Shown here piece by piece: positions 26,406-34,804 of a stretch of 37,168 nucleotides of DNA. Each line of letters starts with the position of its first letter. Positions within the stretch are counted from its first letter, which is position 1. Position numbers and translations under genes: made by a program. The notes under the pieces were generated by a model, which did not search any database, was not told the DNA's origin, and worked only from the letters and a program-made list of their open reading frames with translations. The stretch comes from a virus (lineage: Duplodnaviria > Caudoviricetes). The stretch lies in the IMG/VR virus record IMGVR_UViG_3300032253_000015, positions 1 to 37,168 of that record. The stretch is one strand, 5' to 3'.

Positions 26406-27420
26406 AGGTTTCACCACCTTTGGCATGTCAGCGAAACCCGGGTCAACGAACCCAATCGGCAAATTCGGAACGGGCCTGAAGAACGCGGTCGCGATCATCC
26501 TGCGCCTCGGGGGCACCATTCGCGTGTTCCGCGGACTTGAGGAGTACGTGTTCTACACCAAGGACGTCGATTTCCGCGGCAAGACATTCGCGAAGGTGCG
26601 CATGAAGCGACGCTATGGTCTGCTGCCTTGGAAGTACGAGGCCCTACCCTTCACGACCGAACTCGGGAAACACTGGGAGCCTTGGATGGCGTTCCGGGAG
26701 CTCGAGGCGAACACGCGCGACGAGCCAAACGGCCAGACTACCTACGTGGGCACCGAGGGACCGCTCGGGTTCTTGCCGCGTGAGGACACCACGTTGATCT
26801 TCGTCGATTGCAAGGAGATGAACGAGGCCTATTCGGACATCGACAACATCTTCCTGCCCGATGATCGGACGCCGATCTTTGAGGACGATTCTGTCCGCAT
26901 CTTCGAAGGCGAGAACAACCACATCTTCTACCGTGGGATGCGTGTCACGGATACGCGCAAGCCGACGCTCTACACCTATGAGATGAAGCACGTTTTCCTC
27001 ACCGAGGATCGGACGTCGCAGTACACCTTTATCGACAACGGGAACATGATGAAGGCGCTCCTTGCGTGCGATGATCACGGCTTGGCGAGCAACGTCGTCC
27101 GTAACTCGAAGGATCACCACGAGGAGACATTCGAGTGGGACAAGAAGAAACCCACGGTCGGTGCAGGCTGGCGTGGTGCGTTGTCCTATGGTGGCCTGTC
27201 GCCTCGCTTCTCGACACTGCGCGACAACCTCGACTTCGGGTTGAGGCACGACCAGGAAGTCGATGTCTGCCTTGAGGTGCATCAATGGAACGCTGTGTTG
27301 AAGATCCTCGCCGCGGCGGGATCGACGTTGGTTGACAACATCACGGAGCAGTTGACCGAAGAGGGTTGGAAGCCGTCGTCGGATTGGAATGAAATTGCAC
27401 AGGAGGCAGAACAATGCTGA
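26368..27420 (+). CDS. GHKL (HATPase_c-like) ATPase
   Basis: FQNDG, FGMSAK, IGKFGTGLK, and later WMAFRELEANTRDE. CAACGGAGA RBS at 26353. Confidence 0.7.
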   Translation: MLIFQNDGVLPIEGFTTFGMSAKPGSTNPIGKFGTGLKNAVAIILRLGGTIRVFRGLEEYVFYTKDVDFRGKTFAKVRMKRRYGLLPWKYEALPFTTELGKHWEPWMAFRELEANTRDEPNGQTTYVGTEGPLGFLPREDTTLIFVDCKEMNEAYSDIDNIFLPDDRTPIFEDDSVRIFEGENNHIFYRGMRVTDTRKPTLYTYEMKHVFLTEDRTSQYTFIDNGNMMKALLACDDHGLASNVVRNSKDHHEETFEWDKKKPTVGAGWRGALSYGGLSPRFSTLRDNLDFGLRHDQEVDVCLEVHQWNAVLKILAAAGSTLVDNITEQLTEEGWKPSSDWNEIAQEAEQC

Positions 27421-27767
27421 CACGCGACGAAGTCAAGAAGTTCCTTGAGGGGTGTCGAATGAACCACCCCACCGAGTGCCAGTTCTGGATGCTTGCCGGT
27501 CACGTCGGGCGGGAGCTCGAAGAGTTCCAAGGCATCGTCTACGAGGACAAAGCCACCTACATGCCAAACATGGTCAAGATCCGCACCGGCGAGATGTCGA
27601 TCACGGTCAAGGCCTACTACTTTCATTCGCGCCAAGGCATCACGTTCGAGCCGGATGGCTGGATTGGGATTGCGGGCTGGGCCGACGACACCAACGTCCA
27701 ACCGCTGCTTCGCGCACTCGTTGCGTGGGCGGAAGAAGTCTCGGGAGCCAAGTATGTCCAGTCCTGA
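27414..27767 (+). CDS. Hypothetical protein
   Basis: AGGAGG RBS, operon position. Confidence 0.65.
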   Translation: MLTRDEVKKFLEGCRMNHPTECQFWMLAGHVGRELEEFQGIVYEDKATYMPNMVKIRTGEMSITVKAYYFHSRQGITFEPDGWIGIAGWADDTNVQPLLRALVAWAEEVSGAKYVQS

Positions 27768-27996
27768 CGTGTCGGAAATCGTCGCGTGCCTCGTAGGCAC
27801 CTGCGACGGGGATGTGACCGCGCTGATCGAAGAACGCGGGTTGCAGCTCGAGAAAGAGCGCATCCTTGCCGAGGTCGACCAGGAATGCTTTCAATGCACT
27901 GCCTGCTCATGGTGGTGCACAATCGACGAGGAGTCGTCGGAAGACGTCGGGCACGATGAATGGATCTGCCGCGACTGTGCGGAGGATATGGAATGA
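27754..27996 (+). CDS. Small acidic Zn-finger protein
   Basis: CTACSWW...ICRDC. Confidence 0.65.
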   Translation: MSSPDVSEIVACLVGTCDGDVTALIEERGLQLEKERILAEVDQECFQCTACSWWCTIDEESSEDVGHDEWICRDCAEDME

Positions 27997-28190
27997 AGAC
28001 CCAGAACATGGCGAAGAACTTGTCGCTGCACTCGGATCAGGTCAAGGCGTCGTTGAACGCAATCCCGACGTGGATCGCAATCGACCTTCCTGAGCACGCA
28101 CTCGAGGCTCTCGTTGCGTCGATCACGAAACACTCGGAAGGCGTCTACAACGATGGCTACCGCATCGGGAAAGGCAACAAGGATGGCTAA
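27993..28190 (+). CDS. Hypothetical protein
   Basis: GGAGG RBS, ATGA overlap. Confidence 0.55.
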   Translation: MKTQNMAKNLSLHSDQVKASLNAIPTWIAIDLPEHALEALVASITKHSEGVYNDGYRIGKGNKDG

Positions 28191-28635
28191 GCGATTCCAC
28201 GACACATGGGCGGGCCGCGAGGTGATCACGAAAGCGGTCGACCTCTGGATTGGCATACCGGAGGACCCGTTTAAACGGTTAGACATGGCTATCGCAGCGC
28301 AGAACTTCTGTAACGAGGTTAGGCTCTGCATCACCATCACACCGACGAACTACGTATATACCAACGGCGCAGAACACGGGTGGCGGATCGGCCTTCGCAA
28401 CTACCCACGGTTCCCGCTCGACGAGGACAGCAGCCTATTGACAGAAGTGGCCGAGAACCTGGGCAAGCTGCTGGCCGAACGAGGCGACCAAGGCTCCTTC
28501 ATGATCGAAGAGCACGGAGGAGTCACGTACTGGCTCACACGTCGCCGCACCGATGGTGCCTCGCCTCAGACAATGGCAGAGTGCGATTGCGCTCAACCAG
28601 ACACATGCAGCAGAATTGGATGCGAATATGACTGA
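28183..28635 (+). CDS. Hypothetical protein
   Basis: Operon position. Segment YVYTNGAEHGWRIGLRNYPRFP. Confidence 0.65.
   Translation: MAKRFHDTWAGREVITKAVDLWIGIPEDPFKRLDMAIAAQNFCNEVRLCITITPTNYVYTNGAEHGWRIGLRNYPRFPLDEDSSLLTEVAENLGKLLAERGDQGSFMIEEHGGVTYWLTRRRTDGASPQTMAECDCAQPDTCSRIGCEYD
28268..28277. repeat. Dispersed palindrome CGTTTAAACG copy 8
   Basis: In a CDS, read as P-F-K-R. Extends to CCGTTTAAACGG. Confidence 0.95.
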
Positions 28636-28846
28636 CCGCACGAAACGCAGCGAGAAGAAAACACCCAAGTACCGGATCGGTGGTCAGGTGCGCTGCACGT
28701 CAGCCGCCTCGTCTGCTTATCGTGTGGGCGATGTCTACGACGTGGTCAAGCACCCACAGACTGAAGGCCCCGCGATCAAAGCGCGCGACGGCTTCCTCGA
28801 TCTCCCGTCGTTGGTCATCTCGACATTCGATCCGGTGAAGTCATGA
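28628..28846 (+). CDS. Hypothetical protein
   Basis: Overlapping operon gene. Confidence 0.6.
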   Translation: MTDRTKRSEKKTPKYRIGGQVRCTSAASSAYRVGDVYDVVKHPQTEGPAIKARDGFLDLPSLVISTFDPVKS

Positions 28847-29034
28847 ATGTGATCGGTACCGACAACTTGAACCGTGATAGCGTCGCAGACATCCTTGTTC
28901 GCGACGAGAAGCACCCGCAGGCCGCGCAGGCGATGGCTGACGAATTGAACGAGGATGTGGATCACCCGCAATTCTGGTACATGGCAGTCGCCGACGACTA
29001 TCGGCTGTCCCGAGGAATGGAGGACCTGGTATGA
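28843..29034 (+). CDS. Hypothetical protein
   Basis: ATGA overlaps. Confidence 0.6.
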   Translation: MNVIGTDNLNRDSVADILVRDEKHPQAAQAMADELNEDVDHPQFWYMAVADDYRLSRGMEDLV

Positions 29035-29465
29035 TCAAGCACCACCCAATTTTCGACATCCATCGCGTGATCAAACACTACTCGAAGAAGGACGGCGTGC
29101 CCATCACCTACGTCTGCACGACCGCACTCGATCACGGGACGGTCGCGGGCGACGTGTTCTACCGTGCGACGCGGCATCCTGAGTTCGGGAACCACTACTT
29201 CCGACTGTCGTGGCAGATGGCGGGGCTCGATGCCGTGCAACCCACCTTGATGATCGGCAACGCTGATGTGGTCGAGGACCTTTCGTTCGATTGCATCAAA
29301 GGGTCCGAGGGCTGGGAGTACTCTCAGCATCGCCACGATTACCGGGAAGTTCCTGGGTCTGGTGTTGCGATTGATGGCGGTCGCTCCTACACTCGCCTGA
29401 TAGGCAACATGGCTGGGCACACGGAAATCCGCAAGGCCCAGGTGATCAACGGAAACATGATATGA
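29031..29465 (+). CDS. Hypothetical phage protein
   Basis: GGAGG RBS. Segment YSQHRHDY...IDGGRSY. Confidence 0.7.
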   Translation: MIKHHPIFDIHRVIKHYSKKDGVPITYVCTTALDHGTVAGDVFYRATRHPEFGNHYFRLSWQMAGLDAVQPTLMIGNADVVEDLSFDCIKGSEGWEYSQHRHDYREVPGSGVAIDGGRSYTRLIGNMAGHTEIRKAQVINGNMI

Positions 29466-29815
29466 CCCCCCAAGAACAAATCGAACTGCACCTGCTGCAC
29501 GTATTGGTCGAGGACACGCCCGACTACTACGAATACTGTTACTACTTCCCATTCAAGTACCTGATGCGTGCGACGCAATACGACCGCGAGATTGTCCGCG
29601 GGTTCATGCGCTCAATGCGTGATCGACGCTTGGTTGAATACGGGTGCGGGTTCAACGACGACGGTGAGACAGCTGGCGGCGGTTACACGCTGACCCCTGC
29701 AGGCAAAACACATCACCGCAACCTTCGCGAAAAGATGCGGGCGGGTCAAATCGCTGCCCGTGACATGGTATCACGAGGCGACGCTGCCTCGTGGGGCTCG
29801 ACGAGTTATTCGTGA
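29462..29815 (+). CDS. Hypothetical protein, possible winged helix
   Basis: ATGA overlap. Segment MRSMRDRRLVEY...GYTLTPAG. Confidence 0.55.
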   Translation: MTPQEQIELHLLHVLVEDTPDYYEYCYYFPFKYLMRATQYDREIVRGFMRSMRDRRLVEYGCGFNDDGETAGGGYTLTPAGKTHHRNLREKMRAGQIAARDMVSRGDAASWGSTSYS

Positions 29816-30924
29816 TGGGTTGCGTTTATTTGATCACGTCACCCAGCGGGAACCAGTACGTCGGAATGACTACTCGGACGGTCGAGGAACGGTGTAAAGA
29901 GCACGTAAAGCGCGCCCGGAGCGGCACTCACGACTACCTTCTATACCGCGCGATAAATAAGCACGGCTTTGGTTCGATGACCACCGAGATCCTGCACGAG
30001 TCTACCGACGTTGACATATTAAACGAGCTTGAAATCCTCGAGATTGAATCTCGAGGAACCTACTGCGACGGCTACAACATGACCAGAGGCGGTGCCGGCA
30101 CATCCGTCGATTGGTCAGAAGAGTCGAGACAGAAAGCCCGGGATGCGAGGGCCGCATACTTTAGCGATCCTGAGAAGCGAGCTTCCTTCGATGCAATGAT
30201 ACAGAGCGAAGAATGGCGGAATGCAGTTTCTGAAGGCGTTAGGAATACCTGGGCAAACGCAAGCGAGGAATACCGCGAGTATCGCCGTAAGCGGTGGGCT
30301 GAAGGTCAGATAGGTAGCGATTATAGGCACCCGGAAGAAGTCTACCAAAGGCTTCGAGAAGCTGCGAAGGCCGCAAATATACGGCGCTGGAAAGACCCAA
30401 AGAACCGGGAACGTATGTCCAAGATAATGGCGGACAAGTGGTCTGATCCTAAGTACCGGGAGCTGATGCGCAAGACGGTGCACAGTGACGAAGCAAACGC
30501 GCGTCGGGCTGCTACCATGCGCAAGAACTATGAAGACCCCGCTTTCCACAAAAAGGTTTCAGAGCAGATAACAGCAATGGTGAAATCCACCGAGTTCAGA
30601 GAAGCAAGACGGCTTGACATGATCGAGCGGACCTCGGACCCCGCGTGGAAAGCCAAAGCTGCTGAGCGTATGAATGAACGCTACCGGGACCCGTTAGAAC
30701 GCGAGAAGGTGTCGAAAAGATCAAAGAAAGCGTGGGCAGACCCTTCTTTTAGGGATCGAATGCTAAAAGCCAAAGCTGCGCAGAGTAAGCCCGTTTCTGT
30801 TAAAGGTGTCGAATACCCGAGCTGTAACGAAGCAGATAGCAGACTCGGACTTTGTCATGGGTCAACACGTTACAGGGCAAGAAGCAAATTAACTCAATGG
30901 TCGGAATGGAAGGAAATCCAGTGA
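29815..30924 (+). mobile_element. Free-standing GIY-YIG homing endonuclease with tandem DNA-binding repeats
   Basis: GCVYLIT...YVGMT, ER...H, LE...I, GYNMTRGG, then repeated (W/Y)xDP...R..(M/V) units. Codon usage looks more A/T-rich than in its neighbours. Confidence 0.85.
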
Positions 30925-32492
30925 CACAATCTAAAGACACCAACCCCAAGGACGCTCTCGGTACAGCGAAGTGGCGGCAGTTCATGACTGTCCCGCGTCA
31001 AGTGCTCTGGGAACTCGGCGTCGCAATGCTCGAAGGAGCTCTCAAATATGGACGCCACAACTATCGGGCAAGCGGTGTGCGCGCTTCGGTATACCTGGAC
31101 GCGGCCTATGGTCACCTCGACCAGTTCTGCGAAGGTGAAGACATCGACAAGGACTCCGGCCTGTCACACATCACGAAGGCCATGGCATCGCTTGCGGTCC
31201 TTCGGGACGCGATGATGAATGACTTCTGGACAGACGACCGTCCGCCGAAGATCAACGACCTCGACGGCGTGCGCGACCGACTGCAGGCTCTCGTAGCCGA
31301 GAACTTCGAACGGTACGCGGACAAGGGCCCTCATCACTACAACCAGATCGAAGACGGTGCGCCTTATCACGAGAACAATCCTTCTGGGCAACGCGAAGAA
31401 CAGTTCGAAGGCGAGCGTGAAGTGGACGCCCGTTTAAACGCGTTTGCTCAGTCGGGAACTGACTCGATGGATATCAGCCTCATGGAGCTTGATCCTGGCG
31501 AGCATGTAATCCTGTGCGAAGACACCTCCTTGTATACCGCTGGCACAGAATTCACTGTCCGCAGCTTCGAAGAAGTTGGTGAAGGCGTTCGACGGTACTT
31601 CCTGGACAAACTCGACGGTACTCGCGCAGGCTGGTGGATGAGCAAAAAGTTCTACTACGTCAACACTGGTGGCGTTGTCAAAGGTCCTCAGGTGCTTTGG
31701 GAAGCCGTGATGGATCCTCGCACGCTTGGCCTTCATATCGGAATCGACCAGGCGAAACAGTCCCACGGTGACGACGTGTTCCAGGCGCCGCGTTCGCACG
31801 ATGAAGTCGAGAAGGAGCTGCTCGACAACATCCGCAAGACCATGGCCGCGCAGGAAAACGCGCCGACGCCTGAGGAACGCGGGTTCCAGACCATGTTCGA
31901 GTCGCTTTCCAGCGCGTTGCCTGACGGGTATGTGGTCGAGCATCAGCGTGTCGGTGACGTCGAGATCCTGCACATCGCACCCGGCGACATTCCGATTGAG
32001 GACTGGAATGCGACGGACTACGACTTCGAGACAGAAGAAATCCTGCGCGTCGCAATGTCAACGGACATCCATGCCTATGAGGCGCACCTGGAAGACAACA
32101 CCTACCTTCCTGACAAGCCACTCGATGTGCTCGGTGACGATGATCCGTCCCAGATCCTTTACGTGCAGCCAGCTGACCCTGAATTTGATCGGGCCCACGT
32201 CGTCGAGGGTCTGACGATGAAACAGGTTCAGAATCTCGTGATGCGTGAGGCCGAGGACATTGCCTGCGTGTTGTATCACGGGGACACTGTCATGTTCGAC
32301 ACCTTGCTGCGTCGCGTGCTGATACGTCTCAAGTCACAGCCCCTACGCCAGGTCAGGATTGACTTTGCAACCGGTGGCTCGTCGGAGAGATCGACGCGCT
32401 TGACCAACGACCAGTGGTTCGTCGCATGTCCCTTCTGTCGTTGCACCGAGATGTTCGGCGCGTCGCCTTTCGTCCCTCGGACGTTTGCATAA
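30921..32492 (+). CDS. DUF5664-type dATP/dGTP diphosphohydrolase with long C-terminal extension
   Basis: NPKDALG...AMLEGALKYGRHNYR...YLDAAYGHL...GEDIDKDSGLSH. GTG start overlaps the previous stop. Confidence 0.82.
   Translation: MTQSKDTNPKDALGTAKWRQFMTVPRQVLWELGVAMLEGALKYGRHNYRASGVRASVYLDAAYGHLDQFCEGEDIDKDSGLSHITKAMASLAVLRDAMMNDFWTDDRPPKINDLDGVRDRLQALVAENFERYADKGPHHYNQIEDGAPYHENNPSGQREEQFEGEREVDARLNAFAQSGTDSMDISLMELDPGEHVILCEDTSLYTAGTEFTVRSFEEVGEGVRRYFLDKLDGTRAGWWMSKKFYYVNTGGVVKGPQVLWEAVMDPRTLGLHIGIDQAKQSHGDDVFQAPRSHDEVEKELLDNIRKTMAAQENAPTPEERGFQTMFESLSSALPDGYVVEHQRVGDVEILHIAPGDIPIEDWNATDYDFETEEILRVAMSTDIHAYEAHLEDNTYLPDKPLDVLGDDDPSQILYVQPADPEFDRAHVVEGLTMKQVQNLVMREAEDIACVLYHGDTVMFDTLLRRVLIRLKSQPLRQVRIDFATGGSSERSTRLTNDQWFVACPFCRCTEMFGASPFVPRTFA
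31431..31440. repeat. Dispersed palindrome CGTTTAAACG copy 9
   Basis: In a CDS, read as R-L(TTA)-N. Confidence 0.95.
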
Positions 32493-32504
32493 CTGAAACA
32501 GTGT

Positions 32505-32524
32505 CCAGCCCCTGACGGGGCTGG
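32505..32524 (+). terminator. GC-rich hairpin after the diphosphohydrolase gene
   Basis: CCAGCCCC-tgac-GGGGCTGG. No clear U-tract. Confidence 0.45.
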
Positions 32525-32549
32525 GTGCTCTCAACTGGAGAAACGGAAA

Positions 32550-32759
32550 ATGAACGTCAAGGAGCTGCACGAGGCGCTCGGTAAAATGATCGAAAACGGT
32601 CATGGTGATTCTGAGGTCTCACACGTCAATGGGCAAGGAAAAGCATCGACTGTGCTCGGGTGGGAACTCGTCACATCGGCGTCCTACGAACCCGCACGCG
32701 GGGCCGATCAACGCCCAATCGGGAAGCAGCTTAATCTTCACACGGTCGCGCGTTTCTAA
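32550..32759 (+). CDS. Hypothetical protein
   Basis: CAACTGGAGA RBS. Confidence 0.7.
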   Translation: MNVKELHEALGKMIENGHGDSEVSHVNGQGKASTVLGWELVTSASYEPARGADQRPIGKQLNLHTVARF

Positions 32760-32790
32760 CCTATTTTCAACGTCAAGTTCGGAATAAGGA

Positions 32791-32853
32791 TATAAGCGAG
32801 TTGTGGGGAACGCGTCGAATGTTGTTGACGCGTGGTCATAAGTCGCTTATACG
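32791..32853 (+). promoter_or_regulatory. Sigma70-like promoter with two dyads
   Basis: TATAAgcgagTTGT at 32791-32804. TTGACG (32825)-N17-TATACG (32848). ATAAgtcgcTTAT at 32838-32850. RBS at 32863. Confidence 0.75.
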
Positions 32854-32877
32854 TTGGTCAAACAACGGAGACACGAC

Positions 32878-33288
32878 ATGACACTTCAAGCAGCAATCAA
32901 CGACATTCGCGACTCGATTGTGATCGACGGTTACTCGGACGATCTCGTGGCTGAAATTGCCGAGGATTATGAATTGAACCCGATCCTCCTCGAACGCAAA
33001 TTCTCGGAATGCTATGGCGTGTCCGTGGCTGATTGGGTCGCACCCACGCTCGTCAGTGAACGTGACTTGGAATCGTTGCGCCCTGCTGCTGAAAAGTGGT
33101 ACAACGAACAATTCCGCGGCTCGGGCGTTGAAATTGGCTCTACGTTTAAACGCGGTGACCGTGCGGGTTTCGTTGTTGCCATCACGACGAACGCCGTCTA
33201 CTACATCGACACGCTTAACGAAAATCGCATGGTATTGAAATTCTCGAACAGACGTTCTCGCGCGGCTTGGGTTGCGAAGAACCTCTGA
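32878..33288 (+). CDS. Hypothetical protein
   Basis: Promoter plus CAACGGAGA RBS. Confidence 0.75.
   Translation: MTLQAAINDIRDSIVIDGYSDDLVAEIAEDYELNPILLERKFSECYGVSVADWVAPTLVSERDLESLRPAAEKWYNEQFRGSGVEIGSTFKRGDRAGFVVAITTNAVYYIDTLNENRMVLKFSNRRSRAAWVAKNL
33143..33152. repeat. Dispersed palindrome CGTTTAAACG copy 10
   Basis: In a CDS, read as T-F-K-R. Confidence 0.95.
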
Positions 33289-33834
33289 AAACTGTTCCGG
33301 CTCGTTACGCTTTCGGGTTGCTGCCTCGCATCCTTAAGTTCGCTGATCGTCGGTAGCGAAAGTCGGTAGTTCATGTGGCGGTCAGCGAAGGGGCGTCCCG
33401 GGATCGGGTATGGCTACGAGAAGGCCTAGAAACGCGTTCGATGCGAAAGGTCGTGGAATGAGCCATGGCTAGGCGTCGAGCGCGTTTTGTTTTTGCGTTT
33501 TCTACATACGCGTAGCAGAAATCTTGAATGGGTATGGTGGAGGATTTCTGTTGCAGGACGCGCAGGTTGCGCATGGACAAGAGATTGTCGTTGCAGGACA
33601 ATGGTTTGAGGACCAGGGGTATGCTGCAGGGATGCTGCACGAACTGCATGATCACCCAAAAAGTGTAGTTTTCTTCGTGCGCGTGCGCGTATACGTGCTT
33701 AGGATTGTTCTGTCAATTGGGTTTGGAACTTTATTTTGACCTTCTGTTATACGGGCGTCCTGCGTCGAAAACTGGCAATCTTGGGCGCATTGACGCTGTT
33801 TCTGTCGCTGCTGCGTCAGGACCTTCGTCCTGGA
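33289..33834. other. Large probably non-coding region (candidate packaging site, genome end or origin)
   Basis: Largest gap in an otherwise densely coded window. G/T-rich top strand, short direct repeats, directly upstream of the putative terS. Confidence 0.45.
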
Positions 33835-33871
33835 TTGACGCGCCGAGCATCGCAACCTATAAACGAGTTAT
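33835..33871 (+). promoter_or_regulatory. Sigma70-like promoter with ATAA-N5-TTAT dyad
   Basis: TTGACG (33835)-N17-TATAAA (33858). ATAAacgagTTAT at 33859-33871. Confidence 0.75.
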
Positions 33872-33907
33872 GACTGTCCGGGAAGATAAAAGAAGTGGGT
33901 AACACCT

Positions 33908-34420
33908 ATGGCGAATGAGGTAGCGGAACGCACCGTAGATGGAAACGTCCCGAAGCGGGTAGCGAAGGACGGGTCGAAGCGTGGCATCGGCAACAAAGGT
34001 AAGAAGCAGCGGCACACGATACTCCTCGAGAACATAGCAGAAGCCGTCGAACGAGACACTGGAATCAAGGACTGGGATCCCGTCGTCCAGATGGCTGTCG
34101 TCGCGGCTCGCGCGTTCACGGGCTATCCCGCGGTTGATGAAAGAGGGCAACCCGTCCTGGAACAAGCAATCGACGAGGCAGGTAATCCTCGTGTGGACGA
34201 CGATGGCAACCCGCTATTCCTTCAGGTTATGGTGCCTCCTGATCCTACTTTAGCGGTTGCAGCGGCTGCGAAAGTCGCGCCATATCTTCACCAGCAGATG
34301 CGCCCTCGTGACGTCGCGGAGGAAGGCGAAGGAGCCAAGGATCCGGACGAGACGAAGGACAAGGTTCTGTCTGCATTCGAGAATATGGGTGTGAAGGTGG
34401 AGCGGGAGGAAGGCGAATGA
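33908..34420 (+). CDS. Putative terminase small subunit
   Basis: Basic N-terminal GIGNKGKK, DPVVQM, and LAVAAAAKVAPYLHQQM resemble the AA..aAPYxHP motif of phage TerS-like proteins. No terL in the window. Confidence 0.45.
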   Translation: MANEVAERTVDGNVPKRVAKDGSKRGIGNKGKKQRHTILLENIAEAVERDTGIKDWDPVVQMAVVAARAFTGYPAVDERGQPVLEQAIDEAGNPRVDDDGNPLFLQVMVPPDPTLAVAAAAKVAPYLHQQMRPRDVAEEGEGAKDPDETKDKVLSAFENMGVKVEREEGE

Positions 34421-34594
34421 GAATCTTTGCGGTGTTTGAGGATGGGCAGGAGGACGCCCTCGATTACTTCCAGTTCGAGGAGTCAGCTATTGCGTTAGTA
34501 GACCACCTCACCCAGGTTAGACCCGGGAAGGAGCGCGCCATAGAGATCATCGACGCAAAAGCCGGTTTTGACCCTGCGGAGGAAGGCGAATGAG
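34405..34594 (+). repeat. 17 bp direct repeat GGAGGAAGGCGAATGAG
   Basis: Copies at 34405-34421 and 34578-34594. A 13 bp partial copy at 34318-34330. Confidence 0.85.
34417..34593 (+). CDS. Small acidic hypothetical protein (58 aa)
   Basis: Begins MRIFAVFEDGQEDALDYF. ATGA overlaps. Flanked by a 17 bp direct repeat. Confidence 0.6.
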   Translation: MRIFAVFEDGQEDALDYFQFEESAIALVDHLTQVRPGKERAIEIIDAKAGFDPAEEGE

Positions 34595-34703
34595 CATGGT
34601 AGTCTGGGCAGCAGCCGCGGGTGCGTTCGTCACCGTTGTGGTGGTCATCCTGGTCGGCGTCTTCATCGCGCACAAAGTCGACAACTGGAAGGACGACGAA
34701 TGA
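34590..34703 (+). CDS. Small membrane protein (37 aa)
   Basis: MSMVVWAAAAGAFVTVVVVILVGVFIAHKVDNWKDDE. GGAGG RBS. Confidence 0.6.
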   Translation: MSMVVWAAAAGAFVTVVVVILVGVFIAHKVDNWKDDE

Positions 34704-34708
34704 TTTCT

Positions 34709-34784
34709 GGCGGTAAAGCATTTAGGGGCGATGCTGTGGTCTCCAAAACCACCGAGCGAGGTTCGAGTCCTCGTGCCGCTGCCA
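34709..34784 (+). tRNA. tRNA-Trp (CCA)
   Basis: Acceptor GGCGGTA/TGCCGCT, D stem GCAT/ATGC, anticodon arm GTGGT-CTCCAAA-ACCAC, T arm CGAGG-TTCGAGT-CCTCG, then G-CCA. Confidence 0.9.
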
Positions 34785-34804
34785 TAGACCTCGGAATCGA
34801 CAAC

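Noticed and set aside
34568-34699. ORF-track N-terminal extension of NADAR from 34568
   Set aside because: It overlaps a better-supported small membrane gene (34590-34703) in another frame and has no RBS.
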